Assembly: GCA_964628275.1 (NCBI GenBank)
Contig: CAZVOI010000174.1
Span: forward strand, 1 to 53,021
DNA: 53,021 nucleotides
DNA from: an uncultured Acidobacteriota bacterium
Lineage (GTDB): Bacteria > Acidobacteriota > Vicinamibacteria > Fen-336
Reading direction: 5' to 3'
Below the pieces are notes generated by a model. That model was not told the DNA's origin and ran no database searches. It was given only the letters and a program-made list of their open reading frames with translations. A program made the position numbers and the translations under genes. Shown here piece by piece: positions 30,797 to 40,095 of the stretch; the stretch's first letter is position 1, and each line of letters begins with the position of its first letter.

Positions 30797-31872
30797 CGGT
30801 CGCCCACCCTTCGTGCGGCCAGGCCGACGGCGATCGCGGCTTGCGGCCCGATCTCACCAATGTAGTCCGGGTCGAAGTCCTTGGGGTTGTAGGTGATCGC
30901 GTTGAAGGGGTTCATCAACTCGACACCTGCTTCGAAGCGCTCGGCCAAGAGGTCGCGCAGTCCCTGGACCTTCGAGGTTCCGCCGGCCAGGTAGATCCGA
31001 TCGATGTGGTCCTCGTTGGTCGTGGCCTTGAAAAAGTCGAACGTCTTCTGGATCTCGAGAGCGATGTTTTCCGACACGGCCTGAAGGATCGGTGGCAGGT
31101 TCTCAGGCGCCGCGCCGTCCACGTGACCGCCCCGCTTCAGAGCTTCGGCCTGGTCGAAGGAGAGGTTCAGGTCCTTCTGGATGGCGTCAGTGAACTGGTT
31201 GCCGCCGACCGCGATGTCGCGGTTGAAGACCGATCCGCTGCCCTTCAGGATGTTGATGTTCATGATCGAAGCGCCGACGTTCAACAACGCGACGATCTTC
31301 CCGGGATCGATCCCGTAGTTGACCTCGAAGCAGTTCTGCAACGCGAAGACGTCGACGTCCACGACCTGCGGCGTCTTGCCCGCCTGGCTGATGGCGGAGG
31401 TGAAGTCGCCGATCTTGTCCTTCTTGACGGCCACCAGCAGCACGTCCATGTTGCCGCCGTCGCCAGCGCCCTCGATTACTTCGTAGTCGAGCGCCACGTC
31501 CTGGATGTCGAATGGGATGTACTGCTCGGCCTCCCAGTGGATCGACTCGGCGAGCTCTTCAGCGCTCATCTGGGGCAGGCTGATCTTCTTCACGATCACC
31601 GCGTTGCCCGAAACGCTCGTGGCCACGTCGACGGTCTTGATCTTCTGTGAAGTGAAGAGGCGCTGGATCGCGTCGATCACGGCGCCTGAATCCATGATGG
31701 CCCCGTCGACGATCGCCTCGGGCGGAAGCGGTTCCATCCCGATGTTGAGGAGCTGATAGGTCTCCGATCCCGGCTTGCCGGTGACCTTCAGCTCCACGAC
31801 CTTGATCGCGGAGGAACCGACATCGACGCCGACGAGTTGGCCTTTCTTCTTTCCGAAACTGAACAAGCCCAC
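30793..31872 (-). CDS. pilM: Type IV pilus assembly ATPase-fold protein PilM
   Basis: GTG 31872 is preceded by GAGAGAGG. LVGVDVGSSAIKVVEL actin-like fold. Confidence 0.93.
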   Translation of the reverse strand: MGLFSFGKKKGQLVGVDVGSSAIKVVELKVTGKPGSETYQLLNIGMEPLPPEAIVDGAIMDSGAVIDAIQRLFTSQKIKTVDVATSVSGNAVIVKKISLPQMSAEELAESIHWEAEQYIPFDIQDVALDYEVIEGAGDGGNMDVLLVAVKKDKIGDFTSAISQAGKTPQVVDVDVFALQNCFEVNYGIDPGKIVALLNVGASIMNINILKGSGSVFNRDIAVGGNQFTDAIQKDLNLSFDQAEALKRGGHVDGAAPENLPPILQAVSENIALEIQKTFDFFKATTNEDHIDRIYLAGGTSKVQGLRDLLAERFEAGVELMNPFNAITYNPKDFDPDYIGEIGPQAAIAVGLAARRVGDR

Positions 31873-31988
31873 GGGGCGCCTCTCTCGTTAACCTTTAGTC
31901 CCTATACGATCGACTCGCGCTTCACGAGTCCTCCAACGGAACCGTTAATGGGCACTGAAGTTACGCAACAGAGTTAAAGTGCTACGTG

Positions 31989-32017
31989 AAGGTAACAAAG
32001 AGGATTAGAGGTGTCAA
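31989..32017 (-). promoter_or_regulatory. Sigma70-like promoter for pilMNOPQ (TTGACA-N17-TACCTT)
   Basis: Minus-strand TTGACA (32017-32012), 17-nt spacer, TACCTT (31994-31989), inside the only long (264-bp) AT-enriched intergenic region. Implies a 5' UTR of about 110 nt. Confidence 0.4.
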
Positions 32018-32078
32018 GGAAAAATTGAGGGTCCGATGGCTAACTTGTGACTGGGCTTACGAGGATCGCACTGAGCCT

Positions 32079-32100
32079 GAAAAGCGCAAGATATGGCGCT
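32079..32100 (-). terminator. Weak intrinsic-terminator-like hairpin after glpX
   Basis: Minus strand reads AGCGC-catatctt-GCGCT followed by TTTTC. The stem is only 5 bp. Confidence 0.3.
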
Positions 32101-32136
32101 AGACGGCGGAGATCCTGTCTATAACTTGTGCATGAA

Positions 32137-33108
32137 TCAGAAGCGAATCCTGACTTCGGGATCGTTCTTGGCGTGAATCGTATCGATAAATCGGACCTGA
32201 CGTGGCAGGGTCGTCATGACGAGACAGTGGGTCCGCATACCGTCGCCGAAGAAACGGACGCCCTTCAAGAGAGCCCCATCCGTCACGCCGGCGGCCGCGA
32301 AGATCACATGCTTTCCCGGCGCGAGATCCTCGGTGCGGTAGATCTTTTCGATGTCGGGGATGCCCATCTTCTTCAGTCGCTCGGTGTCCGACGGCTTCGT
32401 CAGGACGAGCTTGGCTTGAATCTCACCGTTCAAGCAACGCATCGCGGCCGCCGTCAGCACGCCCTCCGGCGCGCCGCCGATCCCCATCACGGCGTGGACG
32501 CCCGTCCCGACCACAGCCGCCGAAATGCCGGCCGACAGGTCGCCGTCGCCGATCAGTCGAATCCGCGCGCCGGCGCGGCGAATCTCCGCGATCAGCTCCT
32601 CGTGTCGCGGGCGGTCGAGGACGATCACGACCAGATCCCTGACGTCGCGGTCGAGCGCTTTCGCGATTGCCTTCAGGTTGTCCTCGACCGGCGCGTTGAT
32701 GTCGACCTGGCCTCGCGAGGCCGGTCCCACGACCAGCTTGTCCATGTAGATGTCCGGCGCATTCAGCAGGCCGCCCTTCTCGGCGGCGGCGAGCACGGCG
32801 ATGGCGTTCGAGGCGCCCGTCGCGCATAGGTTGGTGCCTTCGAGCGGATCGACGGCGATGTCGACCGCGTCGGCCCCTTCGCCCCGGCCCACCTTCTCGC
32901 CGATGAACAGCATCGGCGCCTGGTCGCGTTCCCCCTCACCGATCACGATGGTGCCGTCGATGTCGACGGATTCCATCTCCTTGCGCATCGCCTCGACAGC
33001 GACTTGATCGGAGTACTTGCGGTCTCCCTGGCCCATGGTGCGCGCCGCTGCGATCGCACCGCGCTCGACGACGCGCACGAATTCCAGCGGCAGATCGTCA
33101 CGTTGCAT
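32137..33108 (-). CDS. glpX: Class II fructose-1,6-bisphosphatase
   Basis: [27 protein letters not shown]...VDPLEGT...GIGGAPEGV, typical GlpX. Confidence 0.93.
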   Translation of the reverse strand: MQRDDLPLEFVRVVERGAIAAARTMGQGDRKYSDQVAVEAMRKEMESVDIDGTIVIGEGERDQAPMLFIGEKVGRGEGADAVDIAVDPLEGTNLCATGASNAIAVLAAAEKGGLLNAPDIYMDKLVVGPASRGQVDINAPVEDNLKAIAKALDRDVRDLVVIVLDRPRHEELIAEIRRAGARIRLIGDGDLSAGISAAVVGTGVHAVMGIGGAPEGVLTAAAMRCLNGEIQAKLVLTKPSDTERLKKMGIPDIEKIYRTEDLAPGKHVIFAAAGVTDGALLKGVRFFGDGMRTHCLVMTTLPRQVRFIDTIHAKNDPEVRIRF

Positions 33109-33126
33109 GCGGGTGTCGGTCCTTTC

Positions 33127-34332
33127 CTAGCTCTTCTTGAATGCAGGCAACTCGATGCGGCGTGGCTTGTCCTGACGATACCCCAAAGCGTAGTCGGCCT
33201 GCATGACCTTGTGGATCTCGCGCGTGCCCTCGTAGATGACCGCGGCCTTGCAGTTGCGATAGAAGCGGCCGGCCGGATACTCGTCCGAATAGCCGTTGCC
33301 GCCATGGATCTGGACGCAGTCCGAGGCGGCGCGCTCGCTCTTCACGGTCGCGAACCACTTGGCGAGCGATGTCTCGCGGGTGTTGCGCCGGCCCTCGTTC
33401 TTGAGCCAGCCCGCGCGCAGCCACAAGAGCCGTGCCGCATCGTAGTCGGAGATCATCTCCGCGATCATCTCTTTCACGAGCTGGTGCTCGCCGATCGGCT
33501 GGCCGAAGGTCTTGCGCTCCTGGGCGTACTTCACCGAGGCGTCGAGGCAGGCGCGAATCAGGCCGGTCGCGCCTGCCGCCACCGTGTAACGGCCGTTCTC
33601 GAGGGCGAACATGGCGACTTTGAAGCCCTCGCCTTCGGCGCCGACACGGTTCTCTTCGGGCACCTCGACCTCCTGCATCGCGAAGCCGCCGGTGTTGCCG
33701 GCGAGAATGCCCCACTTCTCCTTGATGGTGTAGGAGTGGAAGCCCTTGAAGGCGCGCTCCACGATGAAGGCCGAAAGGCCGCTGTGGTCGCGGTTCTTCT
33801 TCTTCTCCTGGTCGGTCCACGCGATTACCAGGAAATTGTCGGCCACGTCCGCCAGGCTGATCCAGACCTTCTCACCGTTCAGGACGTAGCGGTCGCCGCG
33901 TTTGACGGCGGTCGTCTGGATGCCAACCGCGTCGGAGCCGGCGTTGGGCTCGGTCAAGCCGTAGGTCGCGAGCTTTTCGCCCTTGGCTTGGGGAACCAGG
34001 TAGCGGCGCTTCTGATCGTCGGTGCCCCAGCACCAGAGCGTCATCGAGTTCAGGCCCACATGGACCGACATGATGACGCGCAGGTGGGTGTCGACGTACT
34101 CGAGCTCCTCGGACACGATGCCGAGGCTCAAATAGTCCATTCCCGCGCCGCCCCACTCTTCGGGTATACAGATGCCTAGCAGTTGTAGATCCGCCATCCC
34201 TTTGAGAAAGGATGGTTCGAAACGGTGCTCCCGATCCAGATCATGGATCTTCGGCGCCACGGTTTTCGCCGCCCAGTCCCGGACGGTGGACTCCACGGCC
34301 TTGTGTTCGTCCGAGAGGTCGAATCCGATCAT
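33127..34332 (-). CDS. Acyl-CoA dehydrogenase
   Basis: GLTEPNAGSD, YEGTREIH and overall ACAD architecture. Confidence 0.9.
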   Translation of the reverse strand: MIGFDLSDEHKAVESTVRDWAAKTVAPKIHDLDREHRFEPSFLKGMADLQLLGICIPEEWGGAGMDYLSLGIVSEELEYVDTHLRVIMSVHVGLNSMTLWCWGTDDQKRRYLVPQAKGEKLATYGLTEPNAGSDAVGIQTTAVKRGDRYVLNGEKVWISLADVADNFLVIAWTDQEKKKNRDHSGLSAFIVERAFKGFHSYTIKEKWGILAGNTGGFAMQEVEVPEENRVGAEGEGFKVAMFALENGRYTVAAGATGLIRACLDASVKYAQERKTFGQPIGEHQLVKEMIAEMISDYDAARLLWLRAGWLKNEGRRNTRETSLAKWFATVKSERAASDCVQIHGGNGYSDEYPAGRFYRNCKAAVIYEGTREIHKVMQADYALGYRQDKPRRIELPAFKKS

Positions 34333-34598
34333 GTCTCCTCTTCTTCGCCCGCGGACACGGCGTCCTCGGGCAATGCCTCCCCGTGCGACAGAACGCGCTC
34401 GGCGTCCTCGTATTCGGACGACTTCACCATCACCCGGACAACCGAGAAGGCGCGGACGTTGGGCAGGGGCTCCTGCTTGAAGCTCTGATCGAGGATCTGC
34501 GCGTCGATTCCCGCGTCGCGCAGCTTCAGGGCGATCAGCTCGGCCTCGAAGATCTCGCGGGTCTCGGCGATCGTCACGAGGTCCGGCAGGTCCTCCAC
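34329..34598 (-). CDS. Small DUF2007-like protein
   Basis: 89 aa. LVTIAETREIFEAELIALKLRDAGIDAQILD resembles the DUF2007 pattern. The stop overlaps the acyl-CoA dehydrogenase start by 4 nt. Confidence 0.6.
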   Translation of the reverse strand: MEDLPDLVTIAETREIFEAELIALKLRDAGIDAQILDQSFKQEPLPNVRAFSVVRVMVKSSEYEDAERVLSHGEALPEDAVSAGEEEET

Positions 34599-34602
34599 CC
34601 GC

Positions 34603-35430
34603 CTATCTGTCTTTCCAGACGGGCTTGCGCTTCTCCATGATCGCTCGCAGGCCCTCGGCCGCGTCCTCGCTCGCCATCAGCTGGTTCAAGTAGACGTTTT
34701 CGGCGTGCTGGACGGCGTCTCGGAACGGATGGTCGAGCGCTCCGGCGATGGCGGCGCGGGTGAACTGTGCCACCGACGCGCTCATCTCCTGGAAACGCTG
34801 GATCAGCGCCGCGGCCTCGGCCTCGAGCCGCTCGTCGGGCACGGCGCGCGTGATCAGGCCGATGCGTTCGGCCTCGGCCGCGGCGATTCTCACCCCGCCG
34901 AACAACATCTCGCACGCCCGCTTGCGGCCGACCAGCTTGGGCAGGAGCGCGGCCGCGATCGCGTTGAAGATGCCGCCCTTGATCTCGGGATGGCCGAACT
35001 TGGCGTTCGAGGCGCCGGCCAGGCAGAAGTCGCAGGCCGCCGCCAGCAGCGAGCCCGCGCCCAGCGCCGGGCCGGTGACGATCGAGAGCGACGGCTTGTC
35101 GGTCTTGGCCAGATTCTCGAAGATCCGGCGGCATTGCTCGAGCATTATGTAGCCACGGTCGCCGAGATGGTCGTTGAGCTCCAGGCCGGCCGAGAAGTAC
35201 TTGCCCTCGCCGCGGATCACGATCAGCTTCACGTCGCGCTGGTATTCCAGGGCTTCGAGCGCGCGGTTCACGTCCTCCATCGCTTCGATCGAGAGCACAT
35301 TGGCCGGCGGCCGATTCAGCGTGATCGTGGCAATTCCCTTCTCCACCACGAATCGTATGAACTGCGGCGTCCAGTCGGCCGACGCCGCGTAGATGTCGTC
35401 GTCTTGTCTGCTTTCGACTTCTTCCGCCAT
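34603..35430 (-). CDS. Enoyl-CoA hydratase/isomerase (crotonase family)
   Basis: ATITLNRPPANVLS...GEGKYFSAGLEL...GPALGAGSLLAAACDF, crotonase fold. Confidence 0.85.
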   Translation of the reverse strand: MAEEVESRQDDDIYAASADWTPQFIRFVVEKGIATITLNRPPANVLSIEAMEDVNRALEALEYQRDVKLIVIRGEGKYFSAGLELNDHLGDRGYIMLEQCRRIFENLAKTDKPSLSIVTGPALGAGSLLAAACDFCLAGASNAKFGHPEIKGGIFNAIAAALLPKLVGRKRACEMLFGGVRIAAAEAERIGLITRAVPDERLEAEAAALIQRFQEMSASVAQFTRAAIAGALDHPFRDAVQHAENVYLNQLMASEDAAEGLRAIMEKRKPVWKDR

Positions 35431-35444
35431 GCTCTACCCCCTGA

Positions 35445-36260
35445 CTATCCCTCGGCGGGAACGATCCGGACAAGAACCGGCGTGCCCTTCGTCGCGCCGA
35501 AGACGCGGGCAGCGCTGCCGCGGTTGACCGCGACTTCGAGGCGGCCAATGCTGCCCAGCAGCGCGCAACCCTCGCCCTCGGGGAGATCGAAGTACGACGT
35601 CACGAACGGCAGCACCACGCCCGCGACGAGGACGACGATCTGCGTCGGGTCACCGTTCACCTCGGCCAGCACGGCATCGAGCTCGCGCTCGGATATGTTG
35701 GTGGTGAGGTTACCGAAGCGATCGACGTGCAGGACGGTGGCTTCCCATTCGCGCTCGTCGCGTCGCTTCGAACTGGGCAAATCGAAACGAACCGGATCTG
35801 CCGCCACCGGGCCGACGTCTTCGAGCGCCTTGCCGGCCGCCAGATGCCCTGCGACCGGACCAAAGATGTCGCGGCCGTGAAAGGTCGCCGAGACCTTGAA
35901 GCGAAACAAGCCCGCGTTGCTGAGCTGGTGGACGCGGGCGTCGGCGTGCTCCGCGAGGATCAGCGAGAAGATCCCGTTGTCGGGTCCCACGAACCGATAC
36001 CCGCCGGCCTCCAGCGCCAGCCCGCGGCGCTCCGAGCCGACTCCCGGGTCCACGACGGCGACGAAGACCGAACCGGCCGGAAAGGCGCGGTATGCCGCGA
36101 AAAGGCAGAAGGCGCCCTCCTGGATGTCGTGCGGAGGCAGGTCGTGGGCGATGTCGACGATCGTGGCCTCACGGCAGGCCGAGAGGATCGCGCCCTTGAC
36201 CGCGCCGGCGTAGTAGTCCTGGCTCCCGAAGTCCGTCAGGAGCGCGACGATCGGCGTCAT
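35445..36260 (-). CDS. SAM hydroxide adenosyltransferase family protein (DUF62; chlorinase/fluorinase-like)
   Basis: IVALLTDFGSQDYYAGAVKGAIL...VVDPGVGSERR...VGPDNGIF, family signature. Confidence 0.8.
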   Translation of the reverse strand: MTPIVALLTDFGSQDYYAGAVKGAILSACREATIVDIAHDLPPHDIQEGAFCLFAAYRAFPAGSVFVAVVDPGVGSERRGLALEAGGYRFVGPDNGIFSLILAEHADARVHQLSNAGLFRFKVSATFHGRDIFGPVAGHLAAGKALEDVGPVAADPVRFDLPSSKRRDEREWEATVLHVDRFGNLTTNISERELDAVLAEVNGDPTQIVVLVAGVVLPFVTSYFDLPEGEGCALLGSIGRLEVAVNRGSAARVFGATKGTPVLVRIVPAEG

Positions 36261-36269
36261 AGGCGCGCG

Positions 36270-36295
36270 GATTGTACCGCAGCGATCCTACAATC
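36270..36295. promoter_or_regulatory. Perfect 7-bp inverted repeat GATTGTA-N12-TACAATC in a 41-bp divergent gap
   Basis: Arms at 36270-36276 and 36289-36295. Each arm reads TACAAT (-10-like) pointing outward: 7 nt before GTG 36302 and 10 nt before ATG 36260. Confidence 0.4.
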
Positions 36296-36301
36296 TGAGA
36301 C

Positions 36302-37480
36302 GTGGAACGCGCTTACCTCGACTGCAACGCCACGACGCCGCTCGATCCGCGAGTGTTGGACGCGATGCTGCCCTGGCTGCGCGACGGCTTCGGCAACGCC
36401 TCGAGCCTGCACTGGTTCGGACAGCAGGCGCGCGCGGCGATCGACGAGGCGCGCGGCGAGGTGGCCGCGCTGATCGGCGCGACACCTCAGGAGATCGTGT
36501 TCACCGGGAGCGGCACCGAGGCCGACAACGCGGCGCTGCGAGGCGTTTCGGGCTCTGCGCGGGCGCCGCGCCGCAAGATCGTCCATTCCACGATCGAGCA
36601 CCACGCGATCCTGAACTCCGCCAAGGCGCTCACGGCCGAGGGTGTGCCGGTCGAGACGATCGCGGTGCGCGAGCACGGCGCCATCGACCTCGAGGACCTG
36701 GCGCGCAAGCTGGACGATCAGACGGCGCTCGTCGCCGTGATGCTCGCGAACAACGAAACCGGCGCCGTGCAGCCTATCGGAGAGGTCGTGGCGCTGGCTG
36801 GGCAACGCGGAGCGCTCACGCTGTGCGACGGCGTGCAGGCGGGCGGCAAACTGGCGGTCGATGTCAAGGCGCTGGGCGTGGATCTGCTGACGCTCTCGGC
36901 GCACAAGCTCTACGGCCCCAAGGGTGTCGGAGCGCTCTATGTCCGGCGCAACACGCGCATGACGTCGTTCCTGCGCGGCGGCTCGCAGGAGCGCGGCCGC
37001 CGGGCGGGCACCGAGAACGTCGCCGGCATCGTCGGCTTCGGCCGCGCGGCGGCCCTGGCGCGCGAGGCGCTCGCTCGCGGCGAAGACACGCGGCGCGTCT
37101 CCGGGCTGCGGGATCGCCTGGAGAGCCGCCTGCTGGCGATCGACGGAGCGCGCTTGAACGGCGCTCCCAGCCCGCGCGTCTCGAACACGACCAACCTGTC
37201 CTTCGCCGGGGTGGAAGCCGAGAGCCTGGTGATGGCGCTGGATCTGATGGGCGTGGCCGTGTCGACCGGCGCCGCATGCGCCGCCGGCGCGGTCGATCCG
37301 TCGCACGTGCTCCGGGCGATGGGTTTACCGGCGGAGCGCGTCCAGTCGTCGATCCGGCTCTCGCTGGGCCGCTTCACGACCGAAGCCGAGGTCGAACGAG
37401 CCGCGACGGCGATCAGCGAAGCTCTGGCTCGGCAGCGCTCAATGGGGTCGCGGTCGACGTCGGCACGACGCGCGGGCTGA
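36302..37480 (+). CDS. Cysteine desulfurase (NifS/IscS class)
   Basis: [14 protein letters not shown]..., PLP-lysine [15 protein letters not shown]. Confidence 0.9.
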   Translation: MERAYLDCNATTPLDPRVLDAMLPWLRDGFGNASSLHWFGQQARAAIDEARGEVAALIGATPQEIVFTGSGTEADNAALRGVSGSARAPRRKIVHSTIEHHAILNSAKALTAEGVPVETIAVREHGAIDLEDLARKLDDQTALVAVMLANNETGAVQPIGEVVALAGQRGALTLCDGVQAGGKLAVDVKALGVDLLTLSAHKLYGPKGVGALYVRRNTRMTSFLRGGSQERGRRAGTENVAGIVGFGRAAALAREALARGEDTRRVSGLRDRLESRLLAIDGARLNGAPSPRVSNTTNLSFAGVEAESLVMALDLMGVAVSTGAACAAGAVDPSHVLRAMGLPAERVQSSIRLSLGRFTTEAEVERAATAISEALARQRSMGSRSTSARRAG

Positions 37481-38357
37481 GATTCGCCCGAAGCGACACC
37501 GGAACCTGCTCGGCGGCGTGATACGACGAGCGCACCAGCGGACCCGATTCGACGTGCCCGAAGCCCAATGAGAGGGCGAACGTCTTGATCTCGGCGAACT
37601 CCTCGGGAGCGTAATAGCGCCGCACCGGCAGGTGCTGGAAGCTGGGGCGCAGGTATTGGCCGACGGTCAGCACGTCGGTCCCCGAGCCGCGGATCGCGCG
37701 AATGCAGGCTTCTACCTCCGCCGGCTCCTCCCCCAGCCCGACCATGATTCCGCTCTTGGTCAAGAGGCCGGCGGCCTTGGAGCGAGCCAGCAGCTCCAGC
37801 GAGCGCTCGAAACGGGCGCCGGGGCGCACCGTCCGATACAGCCGAGGGACCGTCTCGGTGTTGTGGTTGAGGATGTCGGGCCGGGCCGCAATGACGATCT
37901 CCAGGGCTTCCCGGGAGCCCTTGAAGTCTGGAATCAGCACCTCGACCGCGCATCCCGGCACTTCGGTCCGGATCTGGGCGATCACGGCCGCGAAGCTGGC
38001 TGCGCCACCGTCTTTCTGGTCGTCCCGGTTGACCGACGTGATCACCGCGTGGCGCAGGCCCATGCGACGCACGGCATCCGCCACGCGGGCCGGCTCATCG
38101 GGGTCGGGCGGCAGCGCTGGCAGGCCGGTCTTCACCGCGCAGAAGCCGCAAGCGCGAGTGCAGACGTCTCCCAGGATCATGAACGTGGCTGTGCCAGCGT
38201 TCCAACACTCGCCCAGGTTGGGGCAGCGAGCTTCCTCGCAAACCGTGTGGAGGCCCAGATCGCGCATCAAGCCGTGCAGTCTCTCGACGCGCTCTCCGAT
38301 CGGGGCGCGTGCCTTGATCCACGCGGGACGCAGCAGCACGGCGGCTTGGGAGCTCAA
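37413..38357 (-). CDS. lipA: Lipoyl synthase
   Basis: [12 protein letters not shown] and radical-SAM [11 protein letters not shown] start at 38357, or GTG slightly downstream. Confidence 0.93.
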   Translation of the reverse strand: MSSQAAVLLRPAWIKARAPIGERVERLHGLMRDLGLHTVCEEARCPNLGECWNAGTATFMILGDVCTRACGFCAVKTGLPALPPDPDEPARVADAVRRMGLRHAVITSVNRDDQKDGGAASFAAVIAQIRTEVPGCAVEVLIPDFKGSREALEIVIAARPDILNHNTETVPRLYRTVRPGARFERSLELLARSKAAGLLTKSGIMVGLGEEPAEVEACIRAIRGSGTDVLTVGQYLRPSFQHLPVRRYYAPEEFAEIKTFALSLGFGHVESGPLVRSSYHAAEQVPVSLRANLSPRVVPTSTATPLSAAEPELR

Positions 38358-38366
38358 GCGGGCGGC

Positions 38367-38648
38367 CTACTCTTCCTCGTCTTCCTCGTCTTCATCCTCC
38401 TCGTCGTCGTCTGTCTCGTAGTCGTCCCAGCCCTCGTCGTCCTCGTCGTCGTCGTCGTCCTCGTCGTCGTCCTCGTCGTCCTCGTCGTCGTCCTCATCCT
38501 CCTCGTCGTCGTCATCCTTGGTGTCGTCGTCATCCTTGGTGTCATCACCCTCGTAGCCGGGCACGACATCCTTCTCGAGAGTGTCCTCATCGTCGTCTTC
38601 ATCATCGTCGTCGTCTTCATTCAAGCGCCAGAGGGTCTCGTCGTTCAC
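38367..38648 (-). CDS. Hyper-acidic small protein (roughly 70% Asp/Glu)
   Basis: GTG 38648 is preceded by GGGAGGAG. MNDETLWRLNEDDDDDEDDDED...EDEEDEEE. By my count 68 of 93 residues are D or E. The stop is 9 nt before lipA. The mirror-strand reading has no start codon. Confidence 0.55.
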   Translation of the reverse strand: MNDETLWRLNEDDDDDEDDDEDTLEKDVVPGYEGDDTKDDDDTKDDDDEEDEDDDEDDEDDDEDDDDDEDDEGWDDYETDDDEEDEDEEDEEE

Positions 38649-38748
38649 CCGCTCCTCCCGAGAAAGCCGTCACCAGTTATTTCAACACAAGCGGGCCGAC
38701 GGCCGAATGACCGCATGTATATTATGATTTCAGAGCACCAAAAGACCC

Positions 38749-39384
38749 ATGATCATCGTTTGCCCCAGTTGCCAAGCCCGCTACAAGTTCGACGAGAGCA
38801 AGCTCGGGCAGCGCCCGCGCGCCAAGACGAAGTGCGCGAAGTGCGGAAGCGCCATCGAAATCGAGAACCCGCTGTTCGGAGCAATGACCCTGCCGCCGGA
38901 GCCGGAACCGCCACCCACTGCCCCCAAGCCGCCGCCGACCGTTCCCACGCCGGCGCAGGTTCCGGTCGGACCGCCCCCCGAGGAATCGACGCGGAAGACC
39001 AAGACCTTGCCGCCGCGGAATGCCGATCCCGCCGCGTCGACCAGTCACGACTTGATGGAGTCGGCGAACCTCGAGCTGTCAGCGGGAAAGCGCTACTCGC
39101 TCGCCGTGCTGCAGGGCGGGTCCACGGGCCAGATCTTCCCGATCACCAAGCCGCGCGTGACGCTCGGCCGCGCGGGCGCCGACATCAACCTGGACGACTC
39201 CGAGGCTTCACGCCAGCATGCGGCCGTCGAAATCCTGGGCGACCACGCGATCCTTCGGGACCTGGGCTCGACCAACGGGACCTTCGTCGAATCGCAGCGC
39301 ATCCAGCAGCACGTGCTGACCAACCAGGGCGAGTTCCGGATCGGCAGCCACGTCCTGATGCTGATCGTCACCGACGTCGAATAG
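38749..39384 (+). CDS. MJ0042-type zinc-ribbon + FHA domain protein
   Basis: MIIVCPSCQARYKF...KCAKCGS zinc ribbon, Pro-rich linker, FHA domain (VTLGRAGADINLDDSEASRQHAAV...LRDLGSTNGTFV). Confidence 0.8.
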   Translation: MIIVCPSCQARYKFDESKLGQRPRAKTKCAKCGSAIEIENPLFGAMTLPPEPEPPPTAPKPPPTVPTPAQVPVGPPPEESTRKTKTLPPRNADPAASTSHDLMESANLELSAGKRYSLAVLQGGSTGQIFPITKPRVTLGRAGADINLDDSEASRQHAAVEILGDHAILRDLGSTNGTFVESQRIQQHVLTNQGEFRIGSHVLMLIVTDVE

Positions 39385-39389
39385 CCGTC

Positions 39390-40091
39390 CTAACCGCGAA
39401 TCGTCTCCTCCAGGCGCCGCGCCACCTCGGGAAAATGCGTGAGGTAGTCGGCGTGGCTGCGCCGGATCACCTCGTGGGCTTCTTCGCGGCCGTAGACGTG
39501 GGTGATCTCGACCACGCGCGACGCGCGGCCGGGGGCCTGCTTGTAGGTCAGGAAATAGTGCTGCAGCCGGTCGATCAATGCCGGGGCGCACTGGGCGACC
39601 TCCGGCAGCCCGCCGTACACGGCGTCTCCGTGGAGCACCGCGATGATCTTGTCGTCGGCTTCGTCGCCGTCGAGCATGCGCAGGCCGCCGATCGGGATGG
39701 CGCGGATCAGGATGTCGCCGTGCGACATCGCCTTCTCGGTCAGGATGCACACGTCCATCGGATCGCCGTCACCTACGATCCCGCTCTTGCCGGTGCGCTC
39801 CGAGCACAGCGCCCCGACCTGTTCCGCGCACAGCGTCTGCGGTATGAAGCCGTAGAGGCTCGGACAGACGTTGGAGTAGAGCTGCGGCCGATCGACGCGC
39901 AGGATGCCGGTGGCCTTGTCCAGCTCGTACTTGACGGTGTCGGTGGGCACGATCTCGACATAGGTCGTGACGACGGCGGGGGCGTCGCTACCGATCGAGA
40001 CGCCATGCCAGGGGTGGGAACGGAACAGCTGGTCCAGCTGCTGCCAGAAAGGACTCGAAGCGTCGCCGGGCACGCGCCACTTATACTGCAT
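39390..40091 (-). CDS. ppa: Inorganic pyrophosphatase (family I, extended N- and C-termini)
   Basis: HPWHGV...[22 protein letters not shown]...YGFIPQT...[10 protein letters not shown]. Confidence 0.85.
   Translation of the reverse strand: MQYKWRVPGDASSPFWQQLDQLFRSHPWHGVSIGSDAPAVVTTYVEIVPTDTVKYELDKATGILRVDRPQLYSNVCPSLYGFIPQTLCAEQVGALCSERTGKSGIVGDGDPMDVCILTEKAMSHGDILIRAIPIGGLRMLDGDEADDKIIAVLHGDAVYGGLPEVAQCAPALIDRLQHYFLTYKQAPGRASRVVEITHVYGREEAHEVIRRSHADYLTHFPEVARRLEETIRG
40082..40087 (+). promoter_or_regulatory. -10-like TATACT, 8 nt upstream of the mnmA ATG
   Basis: Lies inside the first codons of divergent ppa. No Shine-Dalgarno and no clear -35. Confidence 0.25.
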
Positions 40092-40095
40092 TTCG

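Noticed and set aside
31949-31967. Sigma54-like element GGGCAC-N5-TTACG on the + strand upstream of pilM
   Set aside because: It points away from pilM, towards the 3' end of glpX. The -12 element lacks the conserved GC. No better match was found on the minus strand (TAGCAC…TTGC has the wrong spacing).
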